Positions 18,609 through 26,996 of a stretch of 32,000 nt of DNA are shown piece by piece. Numbering within the stretch: position 1 is the first letter of the stretch; every line of letters begins with the position of its first letter. A program made the position numbers and the translations under genes. This DNA comes from Bacteroidales bacterium. GTDB taxonomy: Bacteria; Bacteroidota; Bacteroidia; Bacteroidales; F082. The notes below the pieces were generated by a model. That model made no database searches. It saw only the letters and a list, made by a program, of their open reading frames with translations, and had not been told where the DNA came from. The stretch spans positions 8,962-40,961 of the forward strand of contig JAFTUF010000023.1 of NCBI GenBank assembly GCA_017466405.1. Reading direction: 5' to 3'.

Positions 18609-19208
18609 ATGGCAATAAAATTTCAATATAACAAAACATCGATGCAACAGCTGGAGAAGCAGTTGAAGATACGCGTGCGCACGCTACCTACCATCAAGAG
18701 TAAGGAGTCGGCGCTGCGTCTCGAGGTGAAACGCTCCAAAGAGAAAGTCGAGGAGTTCGATGAAAAACTCGAGAACATCTTGCAACAGTCTGGCGACATC
18801 TTACGTCTCTGGGGTGAGTTCAAACCCGACCTCATCAAAGTGAAAGACGTGAAATGCGGCATTAAGAAAATCGCCGGTGTCAATACTCCAGTCTATGAAG
18901 GTGCATCGTATGAGATAAAAGAATTCAGCGTTTTCAATATGCCATCGTGGATCTTAGACGGAATAGAATATATGAAGTCGTTGATCGACATCACATTGGA
19001 ACGCGAGTTCTGGGTACGTAAGATGGAGCTGCTCAGCAAGGCAAGAAAGAAAACCACTCAGAAGGTTAACCTCTACGAAAAGGTACAGATACCTGGCTTC
19101 GAAGACGCGATAAGAAAAATCAAACGCGCCCTTGAAGACGAAGACAACCTTTCTAAGGCAGCTCAGAAAATTGTTAAAATGCGTCAAGAAAAGGAGGTAG
19201 CATCATGA
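18609..19208 (+). CDS. ntpD: V-type ATPase subunit D
   Basis: 199-aa coiled-coil protein in the canonical position after B. Its stop overlaps the next start (ATGA). Confidence 0.8.
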   Translation: MAIKFQYNKTSMQQLEKQLKIRVRTLPTIKSKESALRLEVKRSKEKVEEFDEKLENILQQSGDILRLWGEFKPDLIKVKDVKCGIKKIAGVNTPVYEGASYEIKEFSVFNMPSWILDGIEYMKSLIDITLEREFWVRKMELLSKARKKTTQKVNLYEKVQIPGFEDAIRKIKRALEDEDNLSKAAQKIVKMRQEKEVAS

Positions 19209-21022
19209 TTACACCCATGACAAAACTTACGATGCTTATTTATCATCGTGACTATAAAAAATTCTTGACTGACCTCCGCGAACACGGCGTCGTTCACGTC
19301 CACGCTAAGAAACAGACTCTGCAAGACGAGAACATGAAAGCCAAGATGGCGGAAGTGAAGCATATCAATAATACGATTAAGCAATTGCTTGCTCTAAGTC
19401 AACGCTCAACAGTCAATGGTCAACAGACTTTGACGACAGAACTTCGCAATGAGGAGTTGATAACATTCATCGACAAGAAGTTCTCTGAGATTGACAGCAT
19501 CCAACAAGAAATTGCATCCTTGCAAAAAGACGATAACGTTTATGCTCAATGGGGCGACTTCCCAGAAGAGAGACTGAATCAGATTAAAGCCAACAACTGG
19601 GACGTAAGATTCTTCACCGTGCCAAGCAGAAAATATGACGAGGCATGGGAACAAGAGTTCAACGCCTACATGGTTAACGAACTGACAGGATTCAAATATT
19701 TCACAACGATTACACCTAAAGGCAAGGAAGTCAACATCGACGCAGAGACATTCCACTTCCCTTCAATGTCGAAGTCGGAGATAGAATCTAAAATAGATGG
19801 TCTCAAGAAAGAATTAGCCGAGATTAATAGTTACTTGGTCAGCGTTGCAGAAGATGCCATCGCTCATCTTCAAGAATATAAGAAGTCAGTCAACGAAGAC
19901 GCCGACTTCTATAAAGTAAGCGAAGCTGCCAACACATTGATCGACGACAAACTCATGTCGTTGGAAGGCTGGGTTCCTACTGAAATCAAAGACAACACCA
20001 TCGAATGGCTCAGCAAAGAAGACATCTACTTCGAAGCTACAGAGCCAGTGAAAGGCGTCGATAACCCTCCTATCAAACTTAAGAACAGACGTTTCGCAAG
20101 ATTATTCGAGATGATTGGAAATATGTATTCAACTCCTACTTACTGGGAGTTAGACATGACACCATTCTTCGCTCCATTCTTCGTCTTGTTCTTCGGATTC
20201 TGTATGGGCGACTGCGGCTACGGCGGGTTATTAGCATTAGTAGCTTTAGGTCTTATCATCAGCAAAAAATTCAAAGACATGCAGAACGTCTTATGGCTCG
20301 TCTTCTTCTTAGGACTCGGCACTGTCGGCATGGGTATCATCAGCGGAACATTCTTCGGAGTGCCGTTGTTGGATGTCGATATTCCATTCGTCAACAAGTT
20401 GAAAGCCGTGATGTTCAAGTCGGAAGGTTTATATTCAGCATTCTACGTTTCATTAATAATAGGTGTGTTCCAGATATTATTTGGTATGTGCCTTAAGATT
20501 ATCAACATCATCAAGATGGAAGGTTTCGCAGCCTCCTTATCGACTATAGGATGGGTCATCTTATTATTAGGTGGCATCATCACTTTCCTCGTCGATGGAA
20601 TCGGAACTCCATTCTACGCTTGTATGATAGTAGGTGCTGTATTGATATTCTTGCTTAACGGTCCGCTCAACAAGATTTACTCGCCATTCCTTAACATAGG
20701 CGCAGGCTTATGGGACACTTACAATATGGCGACAGGTCTCTTAGGCGACGTTCTCTCTTACATCAGATTGTTCGCTTTAGGTTTGTCAGGTTCTATCTTA
20801 GGTTTAGTCTTCAACGACTTAGCCGTTCAGATGAGTCCAGATATTCCTGTTGTAGGGACATTGGTAACAGTGATAATATTGGTATTCGGTCACACCATGA
20901 ACATCGGATTGTCAGCCTTGAGTGCTTTCGTTCACCCAATGCGTTTGACATTCGTCGAGTTCTACAAGAACTCAGGTTTCGTTGGTGGAGCTAAAGAATA
21001 TGAACCATTTAGGAAGAATTGA
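19205..21022 (+). CDS. ntpI: V-type ATPase subunit I (a-subunit, stator/proton-sodium channel)
   Basis: 605 aa. It has a soluble N-terminal half and a polytopic C-terminal half, with the conserved Arg motif LSYIRLFALGLSG. Confidence 0.9.
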   Translation: MITPMTKLTMLIYHRDYKKFLTDLREHGVVHVHAKKQTLQDENMKAKMAEVKHINNTIKQLLALSQRSTVNGQQTLTTELRNEELITFIDKKFSEIDSIQQEIASLQKDDNVYAQWGDFPEERLNQIKANNWDVRFFTVPSRKYDEAWEQEFNAYMVNELTGFKYFTTITPKGKEVNIDAETFHFPSMSKSEIESKIDGLKKELAEINSYLVSVAEDAIAHLQEYKKSVNEDADFYKVSEAANTLIDDKLMSLEGWVPTEIKDNTIEWLSKEDIYFEATEPVKGVDNPPIKLKNRRFARLFEMIGNMYSTPTYWELDMTPFFAPFFVLFFGFCMGDCGYGGLLALVALGLIISKKFKDMQNVLWLVFFLGLGTVGMGIISGTFFGVPLLDVDIPFVNKLKAVMFKSEGLYSAFYVSLIIGVFQILFGMCLKIINIIKMEGFAASLSTIGWVILLLGGIITFLVDGIGTPFYACMIVGAVLIFLLNGPLNKIYSPFLNIGAGLWDTYNMATGLLGDVLSYIRLFALGLSGSILGLVFNDLAVQMSPDIPVVGTLVTVIILVFGHTMNIGLSALSAFVHPMRLTFVEFYKNSGFVGGAKEYEPFRKN

Positions 21023-21045
21023 AAATTAAAAATTAAAAATTAACA
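21022..21045 (+). repeat. Heptamer array AAAATTA x3
   Basis: aaaatta aaaatta aaaatta acaatg. The first base is the last base of the ntpI TGA stop. Confidence 0.7.
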
Positions 21046-21107
21046 ATGTACGGGCGTATCGCATACGCCCTCAAAAAAAGATAATTAACAAAATAAATAA
21101 CAAATAA

Positions 21108-21566
<459 letters not shown>

Positions 21567-21571
21567 TTTAA

Positions 21572-21603
21572 AACTGAAAATCTGAGAAACTCAGAAACTT
21601 AGA
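21572..21603 (+). repeat. Octamer word array (AnYTGAGA family)
   Basis: aactgaaa atctgaga aactcaga aacttaga. It starts 6 nt after the ntpK stop. Confidence 0.75.
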
Positions 21604-21632
21604 ATTTTTCTGGTTATCAGATTTACATACTT

Positions 21633-21660
21633 AAAAAAAGGACGTTAGCGTCCTTTTTTT
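21633..21660 (+). terminator. Intrinsic terminator of the V-ATPase cluster
   Basis: A7-ggacg-ttag-cgtcc-T7. The A and T runs extend the stem. Confidence 0.75.
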
Positions 21661-21719
21661 ATTAACTTTTAGCGATTGTAATCGAAAAAAGTTAGTATCT
21701 TCGCACAAAATTTAACGTT

Positions 21720-22388
21720 ATGAACAAGGTCTCGGAAAACCCTTTAAAAAACCGATCTAATGGCGACATGCCATTTATGGTCGTGACTGCCCTCTTCGTC
21801 ACGCTTTACCTAGTGTCGAACATCATGGCAGTGAAAGTAATCAGCTTTTTAGACATCATCTATTTCGACGCAGGTACCATCACCTTCCCGTTCGCCTATA
21901 TGCTCGGCGACATCCTCACGGAGATTTGGGGCTACAAAAACGCCAAGAAAGTCATCTGGATGACATTCCTTTGCAACATCATCATGGTGGTGTTCACTCA
22001 GTTAGGAGTCTTTCTCCCATCGCCTTCTTATCTTGAAGGAACGGCGATAGCTTACGACAGCGTCTTCACCTACGTGCCGCGCATCGTATTGGCATCGCTG
22101 ACAGGTTTCCTCCTCGGAGAGCTGTCGAACGCCTGGCTCATGGATAAGATAAAAGCCAAGCTGCACGACAAACCTCTCTGGACAAGAACGATAGGAAGTT
22201 CCATCGCGGCTCATCTCTTAGACACCGTGCCTTTCGTACTTATCGCATTCGCCGGCACAATGACATGGCGCGACATCTTGATGATGATAGCGACACAGTA
22301 TTTCATGAAACTCGGCATCGAAGTATTTTTTGGAACACCTCTCGCCTACGCCGGAGTCAATTATCTTAAAAAAAGAATTAAAGGTTAA
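21720..22388 (+). CDS. yhhQ: Queuosine-precursor transporter, YhhQ/DUF165 (VUT) family
   Basis: 222-aa polytopic membrane protein. The block FPFAYMLGDILTEIWGYKNAKKVIW resembles the conserved YhhQ family core. Confidence 0.75.
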   Translation: MNKVSENPLKNRSNGDMPFMVVTALFVTLYLVSNIMAVKVISFLDIIYFDAGTITFPFAYMLGDILTEIWGYKNAKKVIWMTFLCNIIMVVFTQLGVFLPSPSYLEGTAIAYDSVFTYVPRIVLASLTGFLLGELSNAWLMDKIKAKLHDKPLWTRTIGSSIAAHLLDTVPFVLIAFAGTMTWRDILMMIATQYFMKLGIEVFFGTPLAYAGVNYLKKRIKG

Positions 22389-22398
22389 AAGCAACAAG

Positions 22399-22434
22399 CA
22401 ACGGGCAATAGCAGAATATTGTCCGTTGTTTGTT
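22399..22434 (+). terminator. Hairpin terminator; copy 1 of a 33-bp repeat
   Basis: caacgggcaata-gcagaa-tattgtccgttg (12-bp stem, one G-U) followed by ttt. The 33 nt at 22399-22431 are identical to 24198-24230. Confidence 0.6.
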
Positions 22435-22618
22435 TATTAAAAGGACACATTCAATGTGTCCGTACATTGTAAAAGCATTATCATGAAATCCATACCACTA
22501 ATAATCAATTACTTATCCCAATATTTTTTTTTATAAATCGCTTGGATTTTTAATAAATAATTTACATCTTTGTAAGCACATAGCAAACAATAATTATTCA
22601 TTGAAAATTCACATCATT

Positions 22619-24172
22619 ATGAAAAGAATTGCATTAATATTTTTAATGACATTTGTCGGGATGACATTTGTCAAAGCTCAGGAACAGATGGGAGTCAAAA
22701 ACGTCAAAGGCAACTTCATTGAGGAAAATAAAGTCAAGCTTTCGTGGACAAACGAAGATGTAGGTCCATATTGGGGTAATCCAGAATGCGATCTTATCAC
22801 ACACGAGAATGCCGGATACAATAACGGATGGAGCATCAGTTCATTACACAGTGGATTAGGTTCATTAGGTTTCGCTGCCGACCATGAGAATGGATATAAA
22901 GTCATGGAAAAGTTTACTTGTTACGAAGCATTCTACCTCAGGTTCTATCTTTATGAAGGAGCGACTCCATTCTCGACCATCAACGAGGCATATATAACAA
23001 TTTACGACGGAGACCCTCTCAACGGCGGCAATGTAATTGCAGGCGGCGATGATAAAAATCGCTTTTTAAGAGGCGGCAATGCAAATATATATCGTGTTGC
23101 TGAAAACGACTTCTCCGATGTCAGCCGTCCTATCTTCTACGTTGATGTTGATATTAATGAATTGGCAGACAACCACGAGGAAAAGACATTTTGGTTTGTA
23201 GCCTCATTTGCAGGAACGTTAAATTCAGATATCGCTCAGGTTCACGTGGTTCCTCAAACGATATTAGGAGAGACGACTACTGGAGAAGCAAGAATATATT
23301 CCCCAATTACAGATTGGCAGCCAATGTTAGACGTAAACACACAAACTCAACAAGGCATCGCTATTGAAACATTAGGTTATGAAGATGCTGGAGGAGTTGT
23401 GATGTATGTCGATAGCTGCAGAGTATATCGTAACGGAGAACTTATAAGTCAGTTTGCTCCTGACGACTACAGCAGTGTCACCTTTGTAGATGAGGACGCA
23501 CCTCATGGTACAAATATCTACGGTATCCAGAATGTATTTTGCTCATGGGATGAAGGCACTTCAATGGTTTATAATTGCGATGTCCGTCCATCATATAGTC
23601 CTAAAAACGCTTATTATATAAAAGTAATAAATGAAGAAGAACCAGATGCTGAAAATCCAGAAGATACAGAAGCATGGGGAATCACATACAATCTACATTG
23701 GGATATGGAAGATGAGATAGAAGGAGAGAATATAAAGACTTTTTATAACATTTATCGTAAAGAAGCTTCCGAGGACAACTTCACCCTAACTATGAGTATT
23801 CCAAAAGATAATAATAATTTTGAATTTTCAGATACAAGACCTATCGGTTCATACGAATATAAAATATGTACCTACAATGTTTATGAAACAGGTTCCTCAG
23901 AAAGCCAGAAAGTTATGTTTGAAGACAGAGGGTTTTTAGATATTAAGGAAGCCGATATTAATTTAAGTGTCTATCCAAATCCTACAGATAGAATAATAAA
24001 CATCGAGATGCAAGATTTCTCACACGCAGAGATTACAGATCTGACAGGACGCATCGTCGGACGTTATTCAAACAACATCATCGACATGAAGACTCTGACA
24101 GAAGGAGTTTACTTCGTAAAAATCTTTGACACTCACAACAATTATACAATAGAGAAAGTAGTTAGGAAATAA
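22619..24172 (+). CDS. Secreted protein with T9SS C-terminal sorting domain
   Basis: 517 aa counted from the ATG at 22619, with a signal peptide (MKRIALIFLMTFVGMTFVKAQ). The C-terminus LSVYPNPTDRIINIEM...ITDLTGRIV...GVYFVKIF...IEKVVRK fits the T9SS CTD pattern. FN3-like segments are present. Confidence 0.8.
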   Translation: MKRIALIFLMTFVGMTFVKAQEQMGVKNVKGNFIEENKVKLSWTNEDVGPYWGNPECDLITHENAGYNNGWSISSLHSGLGSLGFAADHENGYKVMEKFTCYEAFYLRFYLYEGATPFSTINEAYITIYDGDPLNGGNVIAGGDDKNRFLRGGNANIYRVAENDFSDVSRPIFYVDVDINELADNHEEKTFWFVASFAGTLNSDIAQVHVVPQTILGETTTGEARIYSPITDWQPMLDVNTQTQQGIAIETLGYEDAGGVVMYVDSCRVYRNGELISQFAPDDYSSVTFVDEDAPHGTNIYGIQNVFCSWDEGTSMVYNCDVRPSYSPKNAYYIKVINEEEPDAENPEDTEAWGITYNLHWDMEDEIEGENIKTFYNIYRKEASEDNFTLTMSIPKDNNNFEFSDTRPIGSYEYKICTYNVYETGSSESQKVMFEDRGFLDIKEADINLSVYPNPTDRIINIEMQDFSHAEITDLTGRIVGRYSNNIIDMKTLTEGVYFVKIFDTHNNYTIEKVVRK

Positions 24173-24197
24173 GAATGCGATTCATATAATAAACCGA

Positions 24198-24233
24198 CAA
24201 CGGGCAATAGCAGAATATTGTCCGTTGTTTCTT
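24198..24233 (+). terminator. Hairpin terminator; copy 2 of the 33-bp repeat
   Basis: Same hairpin as at 22399-22431, followed by ctttt. Confidence 0.6.
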
Positions 24234-24301
24234 TTATAAACTTTAAATTGTTATATTTGTTAGTATCGAATAAATATATTTGACATTATCAAATAAATAT
24301 T

Positions 24302-24309
24302 TATTTTTG
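24302..24309 (+). promoter_or_regulatory. Bacteroidota -7 box TAttTTTG for the second ATPase gene
   Basis: Exact TAnnTTTG match 14 nt upstream of the ATG at 24324. Confidence 0.5.
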
Positions 24310-24323
24310 CAAAAAAATATAAT

Positions 24324-25529
24324 ATGATTACCAAAGAGATATTAGAAAATGTAATTGACAACCAGCAGAAAGACTTTGAAAGGATTAATGCAGGATTACA
24401 AAGGGACGTATTTGCCAGCATACCGCAGATAGATTCTTTCGCCACAGTTGTAACTGGATTGAGACGATGTGGGAAAAGTACTCTGCTGCTACAAAAGCTT
24501 CGTGAAGAGAAAAGAAAGGTAGTATTTATAAATTTTGACGATATCAGATTCAGTTCATTTGATGCAACCGACTTTAACAGACTCCATCTCATCTTGAAAG
24601 AAAGAAATATTGAGGTAGTATTTTTAGATGAAATTCAGATAATGGACAAATGGGAAGTATTCGTGCATCAATTGTTAAGAGAATCATTTACAGTTTATGT
24701 TACAGGTTCTAACGCCTCACTTTTAAGTATAGAGATGTCTTCACATCTTACTGGACGTAACATAGGTTTTGAATTATTTCCTTTTTCCTATAATGAGTTT
24801 TTGAAGTATGAAGGATTGAATCCATCCGTAGAAACTGCCAAACAATATATGGAATTTGGAGGAATGCCTGAATATGTTAAAAACAAGCAGAAAATCATAC
24901 TTTCTCAATTAGTTGATGACATCTTACTGAAAGACATAGCTGTAAGATATTCTATTAGAGACATCTCATCATTAAGGATGTTGGCTTCATATTTAATTTC
25001 AAATGTTGGTAATTATATATCTTCAAACAAATTGGCTGGCATGTTCAACATTAAATCAGTGTCTGCCATCAACGAATATCTCTCATATATTGAAAACGCT
25101 TATCTGTTTTTCTTTGTTCCGTTTTTCAATTATTCATTGAGAGTACAGCAGCGACATCCTCGCAAGATTTATGCAATTGATACAGGAATAATTTCCGCAT
25201 TATCAAGATCAATGAAAGATGACTATGGTCATATTTTGGAAAATCTTGTCTTCTTACATTTGAGAAGAAAATACAAACAGATTTATTACTATCAAAACAA
25301 AGGCGAATGTGATTTCGTAGCTATTGATGACAGTAATAAATATTTGATTCAAGTTTGCAGCGAGTTAACCGACTTCAATACCGAACGAGAACTTAACGGC
25401 ATTTTCAATGCACTTGACGATTTATCAGTCGTAAATGGAAAAATTGTGACATTTTCGCAAAAAGACATTTTCACTTACAACAACAAAGTCGTCAATGTAA
25501 TTCCATTACACGAATATCTCTTGGAATAG
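24324..25529 (+). CDS. AAA+ ATPase with C-terminal DUF4143-type domain (second paralogue)
   Basis: 401 aa with Walker A VTGLRRCGKST and Walker B VFLDEIQ. The C-terminal GECDFV...YLIQVC aligns with the D...ExK region of the first paralogue. Confidence 0.85.
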   Translation: MITKEILENVIDNQQKDFERINAGLQRDVFASIPQIDSFATVVTGLRRCGKSTLLLQKLREEKRKVVFINFDDIRFSSFDATDFNRLHLILKERNIEVVFLDEIQIMDKWEVFVHQLLRESFTVYVTGSNASLLSIEMSSHLTGRNIGFELFPFSYNEFLKYEGLNPSVETAKQYMEFGGMPEYVKNKQKIILSQLVDDILLKDIAVRYSIRDISSLRMLASYLISNVGNYISSNKLAGMFNIKSVSAINEYLSYIENAYLFFFVPFFNYSLRVQQRHPRKIYAIDTGIISALSRSMKDDYGHILENLVFLHLRRKYKQIYYYQNKGECDFVAIDDSNKYLIQVCSELTDFNTERELNGIFNALDDLSVVNGKIVTFSQKDIFTYNNKVVNVIPLHEYLLE

Positions 25530-25543
25530 TTACCTTAGAATTG

Positions 25544-26950
25544 TCAATTGTTAATTGTAAACACTTCTCCTGGCTCCGGTATCACAATATCTTTAAATCC
25601 GGCTTTTGCCAAGACCTTGCTATATGGAACCTGTGCCTCGTAGTCGCCATGAACGATAAACAGTTTCCTGACTTTCTCAGGATTCTGGCAGCGAAGATAT
25701 TCTTCCATCTCCTTATAGTCGGCATGACCGCTGAAAGCATCGATACTAAAAACTTCCGCATTGACCTGATGAGGCATTCCAAAGATAGAGATTTCCTTCT
25801 CGCCTCTTAAAATACGAGCTCCGAGTGTTGTCGGTGCGCAGTAGCCAATCGCCAAGATCGAGTTCTTAGGATCGTCAATATTATTAGCGATATGATGTTT
25901 CACCCTACCAGCTTCCATCATGCCTGACGCTGAGATGATGATACATGGTTCTTTCCTAGCATTCAAAGCTTTGGAATGATTCACGTTAGTTATATATTTC
26001 AGAGTTCCAAAACCAAATGGGTCATCGTCGTATTCCAAAACTTCTGCTACATTCTTATTGAACAAATCGAGATGCAGTTTAAAGATGTTTGTCGCATTCA
26101 CTGCCAAAGGACTATCGACATAGATAGGGATACGCGGCAGCTTCTCTTCGTTATAGAAATTATTCAAGATATAAACAATCTCCTGTGTACGTCCAATCGC
26201 GAATGAAGGAATGATGAGTTTTCCTTTCTTCTCCACACAAGTATGCTTAATAATTCTTAACAATTCATCTTCCGAAAGTTGTTTATTCTGATGCAGTCTG
26301 TCGCCGTAAGTACTTTCCACGATAAGATAATCACATTGAGGGAAAGCGTCAGGAGCACGAAGTAAGTAATTGTTACTACGACCAATATCTCCAGTATAAC
26401 CAATACGCGTCACCTTACCGAACTCATCGATTTCTATAGTCGCAGCGGCACTTCCTAGTAAGTGTCCTGTATTTGTGAACTTAACCTTTATATTATTATC
26501 TATATGGAACTGGCGGTTTAACGGCACGCTGATAAAAAGTTCCATACAATCGCGGGCATCTTTTTCCGTATAGATTGGATCGACAGGTTTCAATCCCTGA
26601 CGTGCTCTTTTCTTGTTAAACCAATGAGTATCGTTTTCCTGTATGAAGCCACTGTCGGGCAACATTATAGAACAAAGGTTGCGTGTCGCAGCAGTACATA
26701 TCACCGATCCGCGGAATCCTCTCTTATAAAAATAAGGTATCAATCCCGAGTGATCGACGTGAGCGTGTGTAAGAATGATATGGTCAATCTCCGCAGGGTC
26801 AACCATGGTGTTACGATTCAACGAATCCGTCTCGAGACCTTTACCTTGAAACATTCCACAGTCGAGGAGAATCTTCTTTCCATGACACGTAGTGATGAGG
26901 TGTTTGCTGCCTGTTACCTCTCTCGCAGCTCCGATAAACTTTATTTCCAT
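25544..26950 (-). CDS. MBL-fold beta-CASP hydrolase (RNA-metabolising metallo-beta-lactamase family)
   Basis: 468 aa counted from the ATG at 26950 (MEIKFIGAAREVTGS). It has the HxHxDH motif ILTHAHVDHSG, beta-CASP-like blocks and a C-terminal VHGD. The GTG start at 26974 in the ORF track lies inside the upstream terminator stem. Confidence 0.85.
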   Translation of the reverse strand: MEIKFIGAAREVTGSKHLITTCHGKKILLDCGMFQGKGLETDSLNRNTMVDPAEIDHIILTHAHVDHSGLIPYFYKRGFRGSVICTAATRNLCSIMLPDSGFIQENDTHWFNKKRARQGLKPVDPIYTEKDARDCMELFISVPLNRQFHIDNNIKVKFTNTGHLLGSAAATIEIDEFGKVTRIGYTGDIGRSNNYLLRAPDAFPQCDYLIVESTYGDRLHQNKQLSEDELLRIIKHTCVEKKGKLIIPSFAIGRTQEIVYILNNFYNEEKLPRIPIYVDSPLAVNATNIFKLHLDLFNKNVAEVLEYDDDPFGFGTLKYITNVNHSKALNARKEPCIIISASGMMEAGRVKHHIANNIDDPKNSILAIGYCAPTTLGARILRGEKEISIFGMPHQVNAEVFSIDAFSGHADYKEMEEYLRCQNPEKVRKLFIVHGDYEAQVPYSKVLAKAGFKDIVIPEPGEVFTINN

Positions 26951-26963
26951 ATCATTCAGATTT

Positions 26964-26990
26964 AAAAAGGGCACCTAAAATTAGATGCCC
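26964..26990 (-). terminator. Intrinsic terminator after the C25 peptidase gene
   Basis: On the minus strand: gggcatc-taatttta-ggtgccc (7 bp, one G-U), then TTTTT. Confidence 0.55.
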
Positions 26991-26996
26991 AGTATA

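Noticed and set aside
21661-21719. Possible preQ1 riboswitch upstream of the YhhQ-type transporter gene
   Set aside because: YhhQ/QueT genes are often preQ1-regulated, and there is a small hairpin (cgatt..aatcg) followed by an A-run. But its loop is too small to form the preQ1-I pseudoknot. It also lies upstream of the likely -7 box (TAtcTTCG), and the leader left for a riboswitch is under 20 nt.
22443-22461. Second hairpin ggacacat-tca-atgtgtcc after yhhQ as a terminator
   Set aside because: No T-run follows on the plus strand. A T-run follows only on the minus strand, where no gene reads into it. It may be structural or vestigial, and the evidence is not enough to call it.
24260-24592. 110-aa minus-strand ORF, and the 89-aa plus-strand ORF at 25541..25810
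   Set aside because: They overlap the promoter and 5' end of the ATPase gene and the 3' end of the MBL gene, respectively. They have no motifs and no independent signals.
24231-25560. Direct repeats flanking the second ATPase gene, by analogy with the first
   Set aside because: The flanks share only AT-rich matches of 8-11 nt (aattgtta, aactttaaatt), which is within chance expectation for this composition.
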